This document shows positions 12,089 to 24,859 of a DNA stretch of 64,000 nucleotides, piece after piece. This DNA is from Callorhinchus milii. Its lineage: Eukaryota. A program made the translations under genes and the position numbers. The notes under the pieces were generated by a model. It did no database searches. It was not told the DNA's origin and saw only the letters and a list, made by a program, of their open reading frames with translations. Where the stretch lies: positions 67,768,001 through 67,832,000 of the forward strand of contig NW_024704743.1 in the NCBI RefSeq assembly GCF_018977255.1, written 5' to 3'. Numbering within the stretch: the stretch's first letter is position 1; each line of letters opens with the position of its first letter.

Positions 12089-13699
12089 GAGTGTTATCAG
12101 CTGAGCTAGGCCTTCACACCTATATTTTGTCACACATGAGGATCTCACAAGAATGTAATGGGTGGAATATCTGGAGTAACATAAAACCAGATATTAATAT
12201 CTCCAATATTTCAAATCCATTTATGCACCCCGTCAAAGGTTACTAAATCAATCAATCTGCAGAATAGCTTATCCTATATAATTGATGAAAAATGATGATC
12301 TCATTTCCTAATAGTACATCAACAAACTAGAAATAGGAGGCATATAATTTTAAATGGCCACACATTAAATGCACGGCCCAAAATATTAGTCTCAAATGGA
12401 ATATGAAATAATAGAAATGATTTTACTAAGCTTTGCAGTAAGTAAAAAGAGTTCAATATATTTGCTCCTAAACTGAATTTGTTCTCAACTAGATAAAAAA
12501 TGTTACATGTCAATTTAAGCAATTTTTTTAACTGGTTAGGGGGACCCTATCTGTAAAAGCGATTATCTCAGTAAAAAGTTAAGTTTCTTACACCTTATTT
12601 TTTATAGCTCACAAATCTGGACCATCCTAAACTTCAATTTTTGACAGCAAAATTATATTTATATACAGCACCCATCTCTGAAAAGGCACAAAAATGTAAC
12701 TGCGGCTGCTTCGACACTGACATAAATATCAAACCTATGTAGGTATTTGTTAGATTTGTGAATTAAATTTGTGAAGAAATCTGCCACCCATGTGGGATAC
12801 CCCATAGATCATGTTTTAGTATGCAGAGCACTACATTGGTCTCCATTTATGATCACCTAATTATTTGGCATGATGGTTTCTATTGGCCTGGGAGACGGAT
12901 GCTTCTGTCTAACTTACATTAATCCCACTTTAAAAGACGTTAGACTGTGTTGTACATTATTTTATTAATAATAATTGGTGCTAGCGCTTTGAAAAGGATG
13001 GTGTGAAGCCTCAAATAAATCACACCACCACTATTAACCGCAACAACCCAAGGGGGAAAAAAGGAAATGACAATTTGAGGTGTCCAGAGAAACCTATTAA
13101 TTTACCTGCAGAATTATCTACTTACTCAGTATTTAATCAAAGAAAATGTTTCACAACAATTAGCAATCACACAAAGCTGCTGGTGAACAGGCAGTGATTA
13201 ACCTTCCATTAAATAATATCTAAACATGCATTTCACTGCATTTGGTCAGCATGATTTATCACGATTTATCAAAACCAAATGGAGCCTTCAAAGTCTTTGA
13301 ATTTATAAATGAGGATGATGAAAGTATTGTACCACGTATGCTAACAAATAAAGCAGCACTTTACAGCACCTTTGCTGAATTGCACACCGGATAGATATCA
13401 TTAGTATGTGCCTTTTGGGGGGAAAACTAGAATACAAATAAGAACAAATTAAATTTGGCTGTTCATTTTTCTGAATGTGAAACCTGACAAAAATAGCTAT
13501 GTCAGCTGGAACTGCTTCCGTTATTTAAATTGTGGGTTCAGAATGACAAATACTGTTTTGTCTTTTCCATCCTTACATTGTTGAGCTATCCGTATCTGAA
13601 CACAGACTCAATTTTTTTGCTGGTTAAGCAAAATTTTAAATTTTTTGGCATCACCATGCCTATAAATCTCCAAACTCGACAGTATCCCACATATGTATG

Positions 13700-14100
13700 G
13701 CACCTGTGCAGTTTCCTGGAATGCACACTCTCTCCCTGAAGGGATGCACCTGCTCACCTAATTCTGGAGAGTATTAGGCATAGGTTGGTAAGAGCCAAGG
13801 CTTCGAGAACCCAGAATGAGCATTGGGATACTGCAGGTGCTTAACCAGCAAAAAACATAAGTTGCCAATGGATGGACTGGCTGGCAATCTTCCCATTCTT
13901 TATCCAGGTAAGACTACCATTAGGGCTTTGGCTTTGCACAGTTAACAGGAACTGATTGGGAAGAATCCCTGCCTCCAGTGACAGGTTTACACCTCAAAGT
14001 CCTGCTGATGAGCCAGGCTGACTGGTCTGTCATCAGCAGTGATCGGGGATATGACACACCTGCCTGGCTCAGGAACGGGACTGTCCCAGAGGGTCAATTC
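13700..14100 (+). repeat. Unclassified interspersed repeat, copy 1
   Basis: Homologous to ~33940-34270 (minus) and ~60305-60440 (plus); shared core TTCTGGAGAGTATTAG...GGTAAGAGCCAAGGCTT.GAGA.CCCAGAATG. Confidence 0.75.
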
Positions 14101-15056
14101 AATTTCAATATTCTGTTGCCAAAAATGTCACGTTGCAGCCTTTGAGTCACACGGAGGTTTAAGACTTGAATGGTCAAAAGGAAGACAAAGCCTATTCAAC
14201 AGGAACACAAACTTGGTGTAGCTCTTTGCCTTGATATAAACTTTTGGAACTATTATATGTTAAATGCAACTCCAGTGGAAATGTTTTGTTTTGCTCCAAC
14301 AAACGTGACTTTGTTCAATTGATTTCAGCCCCTTTCATCATTAAAGATAGATAAAGAGGGATCAATGTGAAGAGATTGAGGTGGGATTCTAATTTTCTAA
14401 AGGGATTAAAAAAATGCATATTTGCAAACCAGATTTGCATAAGATCTGTAATTATTAACCCACAGGATCTCTGCCATATTAGTATGGTATGAAAACCTAC
14501 TCTGAAACAGTTGTCATTGGTTACTGAAAGAGCCTGGTAGAGAGAGACTCATCTATAATGTTAAATAATAAATGTTGTATTTTTATATAGCATCTTTCAT
14601 ATCAGGAGATGTGTCAAAGTGCTTCAAGGGATTTATTGTGTAAAGTATAGTGACTGTCTATTTTGTGGGGAATATCTGATAGATACCCAGAGCTGGCTCC
14701 AAAATTGCCCATTTTAATCATCATCATTCTGGCTTGAATCCTGACACATTCTGTCATTTTAAGATCATATTTTTGTTTTATCACTTGCGTAGAGAATACA
14801 CCTCCTTTTGCAACTACAATCCCTAGATTTCTTATTGTGAATCTACATTGTACCCCTAATGGCTAGGTCCTTACTGTGGACATTACTGTGAGCAAATTGA
14901 CTCCCATGTTTGTCTAAAAAATACACAGTCTACACCAAATCCTGTGAAGTTTTAAGACATTCTCCTTACATGCAAGTGGTTATATCAAAGATAAGGGCTA
15001 CTTATTTATTATTAATTATTGTGATGATAATAATAATAACACGATAATTCTATCTG

Positions 15057-15510
15057 TGTTGAGCTATCCAGATCTGAACACAAAACTCCCAAGTTTAGTC
15101 TCAAGGTGCCCTGTAGCAATCCAACAGGATTTCCCTGCTTTTATATTTTAATAATCCTCTTGCAATGAAACACAGCATCCCATTAGTTTGGTTAATAGCT
15201 CTTTGCACCTGTGAATTACCTTTTGACTATTTATTTATTGATTGATTGATTAATACACCTAAATGTCTGCGTGTTCATCAAATACCTCTAGATTTTTGAC
15301 TCACGTTTACAGCCAAAATGCATCACCTCCCATTTGTCTGCATCGAATTCCACTGCTATACTTCCAGCCACTCATCTAATATGTTATTTTCTGCTCGTAA
15401 ACTTCTGCATTGTTCTTCACAATTTACTATACTTCCAAACTTACTGTTATCAGCAAACTTGGATATACTCCCCACTGCAACCAAATTGAGATCATTGATT
15501 TGTGAAACTA
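15057..15510 (-). mobile_element. CR1 LINE ORF2 fragment (decayed)
   Basis: The reverse complement resembles the CR1 segments FADDTK (ATCAGCAAACTT) and Y..LVRPHLEYCVQFW. Confidence 0.55.
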
Positions 15511-16439
15511 TACATTACAAGATGTTAATGCTACATGAATTTAAGGTAATTATCAGTAGAGTAAGGATTTTTTTTAACATACAACATGAAATGCCCTAAC
15601 TGGAACCATGGTTGAGACAGAATCCATATTAGCTTTTAAGAGGGAATAAGATGAATATCTGAAGAGAAGAAGTATAAACAGAAATGGAGAAAATAAAGGA
15701 GAATGGAACTAAATGGAAAGCTCTTTCAAAAAGCACAGACACGATCAGTCAGATGTGTTCTTATGCTGTACATTTCTATACTTCCATCACTTAAACCATC
15801 CCTTTTAAATAGGAGTTGGATTAATATCCAAATCTGAAAGAGCCTAAGATAGCTTGAAATATAAATGCACATAATAAATGGTTGAACACTGCACTAAGCT
15901 TTGGTTTCCCATCCTGTTGGGACCATCTGTAGAATGTAAAGTGAGGCTTGAATTATCTAGATTGTCAGGTTAGATTGATATCTTGGAGTTTTGCCTGAGG
16001 GATCTGGAAGAAATCTCCCAGATTCTTCTTCGACAACACATATTCAGTTCCCTCAGGAGATTAAATACGTTCAGCAGAGCTCATGATAGCGCAAATTGTA
16101 CATGGTCGACTGGAAGGAGCTTTTTTGATGGACCTCATATGCTTTTTTCATTCCATGCTTTATGTTCATATGAGGTATAAAATGTGACTAAATGAGAAAG
16201 GGACTGGTCCTTATTCCAAAAGGTGATTGTATTGAGGTTACAAGAATTAGTCACAAGAGAAGAGTTAAAAAAAATCTGATAAAGGCCTAACTAAACAAAA
16301 GGCAGACGATAACACAAAACCTTTTGTCAACAGATACCGAGATTCTAATTATTGAGACAATTACAAATTAGAGTGTTTTGGGGCATTCGAACAACAATTT
16401 ACATGTTGGGAGAATGTCTCAAAATAATAAACACAACTG

Positions 16440-17040
16440 ACTGGAAACCGATGCCATGTGGTGGTGCGGGGGGGAGCCTGGTCAAAGTATGATTGAAGAG
16501 ATAGGTTTTGAAGGTAGAGAGGGAGGGGCAAGGGACCCTAGCACTAAATTCGAAACTGGGGTGGAGGGTGAAGAATGGCTGAAGGTTCGCCCACCAATGG
16601 TAAACAGGCTGATTTGCTAAGCTGATGGTCATAGAAAGTCATAAACAGTCATAGGAGGTCATAGAGGTGGGGTGAGGCCATGGAAGACGAAAAGATAATT
16701 TAATCTGCTTCAACGTCAAACTACAACATCAGCACTCTGAGATGTCGCCCCATGTGAAGTGCACTATATGAATGTACTTTTTTGTTGTTGCTTGGGTTGG
16801 GGAACCAGTGCAGCCAAGCAAGGATGGTGAGTCCAGCGAGTAGCACATTAGAATAATCGAGCCAGGAGGCAATAAATATTTGGATGTGCAACCTGGGGAA
16901 AGAGGTAGTGGTGGGGAAAGGCAGTGTTGCAGAAATCAAGGAACGCAGAGTGAGTTAGAATCTTGATGTAAGGTTTGAAAGATGGTTGGGCATCAAACAA
17001 GATACTGAGCTTCCACACTGACTCTGTGAGGTTAAGTGAG
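16440..17040 (-). mobile_element. L2 LINE 3' fragments with a nested short L2 tail
   Basis: Minus ORFs SWLDYSNVLLAGL, LFDAQPSFKPYIK and STFKTYLFNH are typical of the L2 ORF2 C-terminus. Confidence 0.7.
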
Positions 17041-17849
17041 GATCTGCACAGATCAATGCGGTTAGGTTTATTCTTAAGCAAATTGATCAGCTCCAAAAGA
17101 CTGTTGGGCTGCTTCCTGATCAATAAGTTAATTAGTATTAACTCCACACAAAAAACTGCCTTTTAACCAAATACAAGTCAGCAACTGCTCAATGGCTCTC
17201 TGCCCATACGATAAAATGTCATACATACGTTTTACAGTATATTCTGTGAAGCGCTTTGAGACGTCTGAATAAAGTGATAAGGGACCATATCGCCCACAAA
17301 TATACAGTCAATTCACTTTGCGGTCTATTCTGTGAAGCGCTTTGAGACATCAAGAAGACGTGAAAAGTGCTGTATCAAAATGCAAGGACTATTATTATTA
17401 TATCAATTTCAAGGATAATTATTATTAATATTATATGCCAGAATGAGCAAAAGTAAGTGATATAATTGCCTCAATAGTTATATGGGAATTTGAAGATGGA
17501 ATAATCCATATTTGGAATATATGGATTATTCTATCTTCCAATTTGTTGTTGTTATGGAATTTGCCATTATCATAAAAAAAGCAAGTTTTGAAGTGTTTTA
17601 TGTGCCCATTTTACTGCAAATGCAAACTTGGTGATGATATCCAAATTTTCAAATTTGACCAGTTAAGCTCAATTGGTGGCACTCTCATCTCTGGTTCAGA
17701 AGTTGTGAGTTCAAGCCACCCATAAGAACTTAAAATCACAGTCTTGGCTGATACTCTAGTACAGTACTGGAAGAACACTGCAGTTCGAGAGACACCATCC
17801 GTCAGTTGAAACATGAAACTGTCTGCCTGTTCAGAAAATTCAACTAATT

Positions 17850-18120
17850 CAAAACTCTGCTGCCCGGATGCTCACCTGCACAAAACACCATACCCCCATT
17901 ACACCAGTCCTTGTCAGGCTCCACTGGCTCCCAATTACCAAAAAGATCGATTTCAAGATCCTCTCACTCATTTTGAAACCCCTTCATACCCTCACACCTC
18001 TCTATCTGTCCAAATTGCTTACACACGATTCCCCCACCTGCTGTCTCCACTTGGCTGGCTCCAGCCTCCTGTTTGTCCCTCGTTCCCTCCGCTTCACCAT
18101 CAGTGGCCATGTCTTCAAGG
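17850..18120 (+). mobile_element. L2 LINE ORF2 C-terminal fragment
   Basis: ORF 17868-18182: TPITPVLVRLHWLPITKKIDFKILSL. Confidence 0.8.
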
Positions 18121-18480
18121 TTATTATTTCATCCAAAAGGATTGGGTTTTGGTATCCTGAATATTCTGAAACTGAAACATAAGCCTTTTGAATGAATTCA
18201 CTGACTTATGGTATTTCTTCTGAGGTGCAATGACGACTTTTTGAGACAGAGATTTGAAAGTATTTTCTCCTGTTATAGGATCCTATTTGTGGACTCAAGA
18301 TTAAGAAAGTAAAGTTTGCCAGGTGTTGTCTTTATTTAAGCCACAAAATTTTAAAATATCTCAGTATTCAGGCTAGGTCACAAGGATCAGTAACAGTCAC
18401 TGCTCTACACCAACAAAATCATTTGGATTTGTTGTTTTATTATGAAAGTAAGGAGATGAGACACATTTTTTAAAGGAAAT

Positions 18481-18791
18481 ATAATAATAATAATCTTTTA
18501 TTTGATATAGCGCTTTTCACGTCTTCTAGACGTCTCAAAGCGCTTCACAGAATATGCGGTAAAGTGAATTGTATATTTTTGGGTGAAACTCAGCAGCCAA
18601 TTGCACATAGCAATGTCCCACAAACAGTCATGGAGTGAAGTGACCAATTTATTATTGTTTTGTTTTTTGGAGGGATTATTATTAGGCATGTGGAGTAAGG
18701 AAACTTGCCCAAGGTTTCGCCCTGCCTGGAATTGAACCCAGGTGTCTCGCTTGCAAGGCGAGTGCTCTAACCACTGAGCTACATGACTCCA
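18481..18791 (-). mobile_element. tRNA-Ala-headed SINE, short form, full length
   Basis: Same head, body and tail as 4330-4655, on the minus strand. Confidence 0.9.
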
Positions 18792-18844
18792 AATAATAAT
18801 AATACCTGTAATAATTAATTTTTGTATTTGAAATAGGACCCATA

Positions 18845-19165
18845 ACATCAAGAAGGTTGCAAAAGGGCTTTAGAAACGTCCTGTGAATTGTAGTGACTAT
18901 TTGTAGGTGAATGAGGCAGCCAATTTGCATGCAGCAATGTCCCATAAACAATCATGAAGGGAATGACCAATTTATCTGGAGGAAACTCCCTTCTCTTTTT
19001 GAGTAACATTGGTTTAATGTCTCATCAAAAGGTTGGTACGTCTGACATTGTAGCACTTCCAAAGCTGCGCAGAAATGTCAACCTAAACTATGAACTCAAA
19101 TTCCCAATGTGGGGCATAAACCCAATCTTCTGTCCCAGAGGCTACCAATTGAGCAAGGCTGACAC
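18845..19165 (-). mobile_element. Old DeuSINE
   Basis: GGCAGCCAATTTGCATGCAGCAATGTCCC...head CCAATTGAGCAAGGCTGACAC. Confidence 0.7.
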
Positions 19166-20049
19166 CTAGCATACAAGTAACCCACAACTGCACAATTGTT
19201 CACAAAAAATTATGCAGTGTGGTGGCAGGCCAGCAGCTAAGAATCAAAGCTTTCCTGAAAGAGTCAACGCATCTGGTGGTTCACATGATGCAAGCCAAGT
19301 ATAGTAATTTAGATTTTTATCTGAAATTTATAACATCTGATATCTGCTTAGGATTTAAAATACCCTGCCTCCTGTCATGTTTCCTGCCAAAGAGACTTAA
19401 TGAGATGAAAAGTGTACAAGTATTGATGAATGTAAAGACATTATAACTGTTGTAATAAAATGTTATTGTCATTCGATGTTCACTTCATCCAACAGTCCCA
19501 TATTATTTGACATCATTTCAGGAAGCAAAATCAACATAGGCAATCACAGCAATAGTGGTGATACTGTATGTGGGAATCACATTGGATTATTCGCAGTATA
19601 AAAAAATAAGTATTTCACTTTTTCACCTGAGGTCTAATTTACGGCAACTTTTAAGGAATCCAAGTCCTATTCAACAACAACAACTTGCAAATATATATAG
19701 TACCTCTTACCCAGGTAAATACCAACATGGATTTGTTGGGCCAAATATCATATTTCCATGCTGTGAATGTAAATCTATGTAAATCTGTATAAATTAAAAG
19801 CGAGAGAGTTAAGGGCGAGGAAGAGAGCCCAATAGCGGTGATCTATGACAGAGACACTGAAATAGCCACAGATATGTCTCCAAATATCATAGATGGTATA
19901 CCACTTCATAATACTTTGTATTATATTGATGTCTGAATGCCATTACAACCGTCCTCATAATAAACTATTGCAATTGCAATATATAAAGAGATGGATCACA
20001 CAAGAGGGCATAACAGACTGAAAGACTGACAATTACAGAAGCAGCCAGT

Positions 20050-20720
20050 TAACTCATTTGATTTATTTAGCCATTACCAACGTTTCATAATTCCTTGCAT
20101 TTTTTCCCCTCTGTAAATTAAAAAGTTAATGAAAACTGCAATATGTCAGCAATCTTGTTTCATGATAAGAGGAAATGAATCTTCTATTATTAACAGCAAC
20201 CTCAGGATCTAAAATGATGAAGTGATTTAGTAAATGATTGTGGGGAAAAAAAGCTTCATTTTCCATGTGAAAAAACGAACATCATTTTAACTAACTCCAT
20301 TATACTAATGAGAAGATATTCTAATGGTTGTGGCAGCTTAATGGAGAGAGCGTCTAATGGCTGCTATTACATTTGCCTGATTAACAAGCCTATCTTTGTA
20401 TCTATATGTGCCACTCCAACTGGATCAGAGCAAAGGGAAAGCTAAACACCTCTTCTCTTTCCCAAACATTATTACACACTCACTGACAGGTGTGAGCACA
20501 ACTTAATTCTGGTTAGATTGCGACAAAAATTAAGAGGCACCAGGGCATTAAGGTGACTGAGAAAAACAGTCCACATATTAACTAAAACGGTTAATTAATG
20601 TAATTGCTATGTCAGGGTATGGTACATTGAATAAACCACCTGAATCACTGCATCACTAGAATGATATAATGGCTGTCACAGATACAATATGTGAGACAGC
20701 ATTGGCAATGAAAGGGAGGA
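20050..20720. promoter_or_regulatory. Candidate conserved non-coding element block
   Basis: Repeat-free and dense in TAAT/TAATGG/TGACA/TAAATGATTG motifs. Confidence 0.3.
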
Positions 20721-21869
20721 GGTTTGTCAAGTGTCATAGGTATGCTTCAACTGAAAGATGTTGAATTTATTTGACCTTCGTTTAAAAAAAGTCTCAATTT
20801 TACTTTAGCCTAATGCATAGAATAAAGACATTTAACATGGATTTAAGATATTCAAGTAAACCCGATAATTTAGGCATTAGGTTATTATTAGCGAGTTATT
20901 AAAACCTGCCTCTTGAATGACAAAAATTAAAATGCCATTGCAACTCTGATTTTCTACATGCGTATAATTAGCATATTTTTTTAAATCTATCCTATTGATG
21001 AGAATTTATACAAGTCTGGAAGATTCCTCAATAGCCCTATTTGTACATTAGTCAGCTTTAGTTTTCAGACACGAGTCTAAGTTGTTGTTAATTCTCCAAT
21101 ATTGTCTTTGCTCCCAGCGGCCTATACTGTCTGCTCACAGCTTCCAAGACAGACAGACAGACAGACAGAACCTGCTTCTCCCCACCTCAATTTTGTTGTG
21201 CTATACGTTATTTTGGTTCAAGTGCAGAACACTAAAATTGGATGTTTTATTTATTATTAAAGAGTTTATCACTCGACCGTTGCTTTGATAACATTAAAAC
21301 AATTTATGTTTGACATTTCCTTTGGAATGTAAAAGGAAAACAGCAAAGGAAAAATAATTTACATTTTTATAGCATGTTATCATGATAAAATGTCTCAAAG
21401 CGTTTCATTGCAATTTTATGGAAAGAAAATGGTCATCTTTGTAGATAAAATAAATATCCCATCTATTTTGGACACAAAGTCCACTAAAGAGTCATGATAT
21501 GAATCATCAATTTTATCTGGAGAATTGTTTAACAAGATGTCAGGAGAAACCGTTTTCTATTTTCGAATACTATCATGGGATCTTTAACATCCATTTGAAT
21601 TGCTAGACAGGACTTGGTTTATTTTCTCATTGAAACGATGATGCTTCCAACAATGCAGCACTGCACTGGAATATCAGCCTGCATCTGGACGTTATGTCCA
21701 GATTTGCTGGAACAGAGCAAATAAATGAAGGAGCAAGACAAGGTAAATAGGGAAAACAATTTCCTTTGAAACTGGCGTCAAGGGAACCTAGTTTAAGGAT
21801 TGTCAACATTACAGTAGTTACAATAGATACATGCATATTATAACATGCACATATCTATAATATATCACC

Positions 21870-22580
21870 CATATATAGCACCCTTCACGCAGGGTTGTGT
21901 CTCACTGCGCCTAATGGTGGCAGAGCTTGATGCTGAGCAGGGGAAAGGTGGAAGGCGACCAAAGGCATGTTTGAAGAGGAAGGTGTTCAGGTGTGATCTC
22001 AAAACGGGCAAGCTGGAGGCTAGGCAGAGCGACTGAAGCAGGGAGCTGCAAGCATTCAGGGCATAGTGGCTGAACGCACAGTTGCTGATGGTGGAGCGGA
22101 GGGGACGGCAGACGTGCAGGAGGCCGGAGCTACAACAACAACAACAAGATTACATTTGTATAGCGCCTTTCACGTCGGGAGGACGTCCCAAGGCGCTGGA
22201 CAGTGTACAGCATTTCAGACCCGAGCTGGGGTCAAGGGGGAGAAGGGCAGGGAGGGGAAGGGGGGTGAACGATGGCATGGTCGAAGAGGAGGGTTGGGGG
22301 ACGTGGAGCAGGCCAGAGCCGGCTGAGCGGAGGGAACGGGCGGGTTGGTAGAGGGTTAGGAGGTCGCAGAGGTAGGGTGGAGCGAGGCCATGTAGGGCTT
22401 TGTAGGTGAGGACCAGGATCTTGAACTGGATCCTCTGAAGGATAGAGAGCCAATGGAGTCGGGCGAGAATGGGGGAGATGGGGTCATGGAGTTTGGTGCG
22501 GGAGAGGACACGGGCTGCAGAGTTCTGGATTATCTGCAGCCTGTGGAGTGAGGAGTTGGGAAGGCCGACAAGCAGGGAGT
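21870..22580 (-). mobile_element. Two L2 3' fragments; the younger one at ~22132-22580
   Basis: (CAA)n tail plus ATTACATTTGTATAGCGCCTTTCACGTCGGGAGGACGTCCCAAGGCGCT at 22132; CpG-rich body matching 27040-27587 in reverse. Confidence 0.85.
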
Positions 22581-23437
22581 TTGTATAGTCTGAGCTGAGC
22601 TCTTACAGTGGGGTGTAAACAGGTTAGAGGTAGGGAGGTGCCAGGGCATGAAGTAATTTGTATGCAAGTGTAAGATTCTTGAAATCAATTTGTTCTGCCA
22701 TGAAGAGCCAGTAGAGCCTGGCAAGGACTGGTTTGAAGGGTGTAAGGAGTTTACGAGCGGCGGAGTTTTGAATTATGGGTTTTATGAATGGAATGTTATG
22801 AGGAATTTCTTCACTGAGAGGGTTAGCGTGGCTGGATCAATAGAGAATCATTCAAATGGGAAAATTCAAATTAATAGGAAAAGGTAACTTAAAAAAGATA
22901 GAAGGGTACAGACAGAATGTGTTGAGCAGCCTGCTTCTGTGGCAAAAATCTCTAACTTTGAGCTTAAATCCTGATATAAGCCTTTAGCCACGCGGCCCAG
23001 AGGTGAGAATGCTGCTAACTGAGCGAAGCTGACATCTAACCAAGGAAAGTACCCAATGCAATTTGCAACCCAATATATGTATACTGCATGAAATGCACTA
23101 TTCCTGAGTGGGGCTCCACTGCAGTTTATGCTGACTCCCCAGGTTCACTCCTGATTTAGAAAACAATCGCTGCTAAGATTACAACAACTCAATGTATAAT
23201 GAATGGCGACATTTATGAATGAAACAGAATAATTCTGTCTGAGCACAGCAATGAGAGTTGATTCTTCAGTGGAGTAGATTGAAGGCTTATTCCAGCGTAC
23301 CTACTCCACCACAGACACTGAGAAACCAATCATGGGACAACATGGAAAAGCAAAACTTGAAAGTATTTCAGACTTATCAGTGCTGGAACCGAGAAGCATG
23401 TTATGGTTAAATTGCTATCAGTGATGCTATAGAAATA

Positions 23438-23687
23438 GCAACAACTTGCAATTATATACTCCCTTTCACATCGGAAATACATCTCATGCTGCTGGACAGT
23501 TGAGGATTTGCCCCTGAGCAGGGGTTGGATTCATGAGGGATGTGGTGGGAGGGAAGATAATCGTAGGCATGGTCAAAGAGAAAGGTCTTGAGACGGACCT
23601 TGAAAGAATAGAGGGAAAGGGGCAGATGAAGGAATTCCAGGATATAGTCCCAGAGATTGGGGGCACGTGCTGAAGGCCTGACCATTG
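23438..23687 (-). mobile_element. L2 LINE 3' end
   Basis: ORF 23452-23685 APNLWDYI...SFKVRLKTFLFDHAY plus tail. Confidence 0.8.
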
Positions 23688-24149
23688 ATGATAATAAACT
23701 TTACAGGTTCATTCAGAAGCATCTGCTGATGATGACAGGGATGATAAGTCAGTGAAGATAATTAACTAGAAGAGTTATGTTTCCCCTTAAAGTTACAAAT
23801 GGGGTGAAATGGTATTGACAACTATAATTGCTCTATGATCAATAGGTCTATGACTCACTTGGTTGAGGACATCTTCACTCCAAGATCCCCAAAGATTAAC
23901 TACTGATTTGAACAGAGTTGTGTTTTAGGCCAAGAAACTGAACGAATTCAAGAACCGGCTTGGTGATGGGAGGATGTCAGAGTCGGTATTCTAGAAGAAT
24001 GAGATCAAATGAGCCAAAAGGGTCTTTTTCATCAGAATCTCTCTTGTAATCAATTGGAATCAGACTGACAGGTCAAACATCAACGGTGCTTTGGAATACT
24101 ATTGCTCGCTTGCATCTCCTCAGAGCCAAATTCAGCTCTATACTCTGGC

Positions 24150-24772
24150 ATCTCAAACCGGACGAGTTGGGGAGGCCAAAAAGCAAGGAGTTAGCATAGT
24201 CAAGCCTGGATGTTACGTATTCATGTATGAGGGTTTTGGCGGCCTGCACTGTGAGACAGTGGCGGAGCCAGGCAATGTTGCGGAGGTGGGGGAAGGCCGA
24301 GTGGGTAATGGCATAGATGTGGGGTAGAAAGGATAGTTGAAGGTCAAACAAAACACTAAAGTTCCGGACTGGCTTAGCAAGATGGAGTGTATCCTTGGAT
24401 GGTGATTCTGTCAACGCCTGAGGTGAGGAGGCGCTGATAGGAACCAATCAGGGGAGCTTCGGTCTTGTTGATGTTCAACTGAAGGAAATTAGCTCTCATC
24501 CAGGCCTTGATGTCTGACAGACATTCTGTCAGGACAGCAGTGGTCCTGGAGTCGAGGGTGGAGGCAGAGTTAAAGTTGGGTGTCAACCGCGTAAATGTGG
24601 AGGTTGACCCCATGTTGTGGATGATGTTACCAAGAAGGAGCATATAGATATTGAAGAAGAGGAGACCAAGGGCAGAGCCCTGAGGAACAACGCACGAGAC
24701 GGTCTGGGGTCTAGAGGAGAAGCTGTTTGTGGAGATGAAGTGGAAATGGTGCGAGAGAAATTGTGGCTCGAG
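24150..24772 (-). mobile_element. L2 LINE RT-domain fragment (frameshifted)
   Basis: VVPQGSALGLLFFNIYM, CLSDIKAWMRANFLQLNINKTE and HLRNIAWLRHCLT...TSRLDYANSLLFGLP. Confidence 0.88.
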
Positions 24773-24859
24773 CATGCTTTAAACAAAGCTGCTTTCAGAA
24801 ATGTTCCATTTTGCTGTACCACCTTTGGTACTTATTACTTCAACTTTTATTATAAACTT

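Noticed and set aside
14002..14039. Second hammerhead (CTGATGA plus stem)
   Set aside because: No GAAA follows the stem; it is a simple hairpin.
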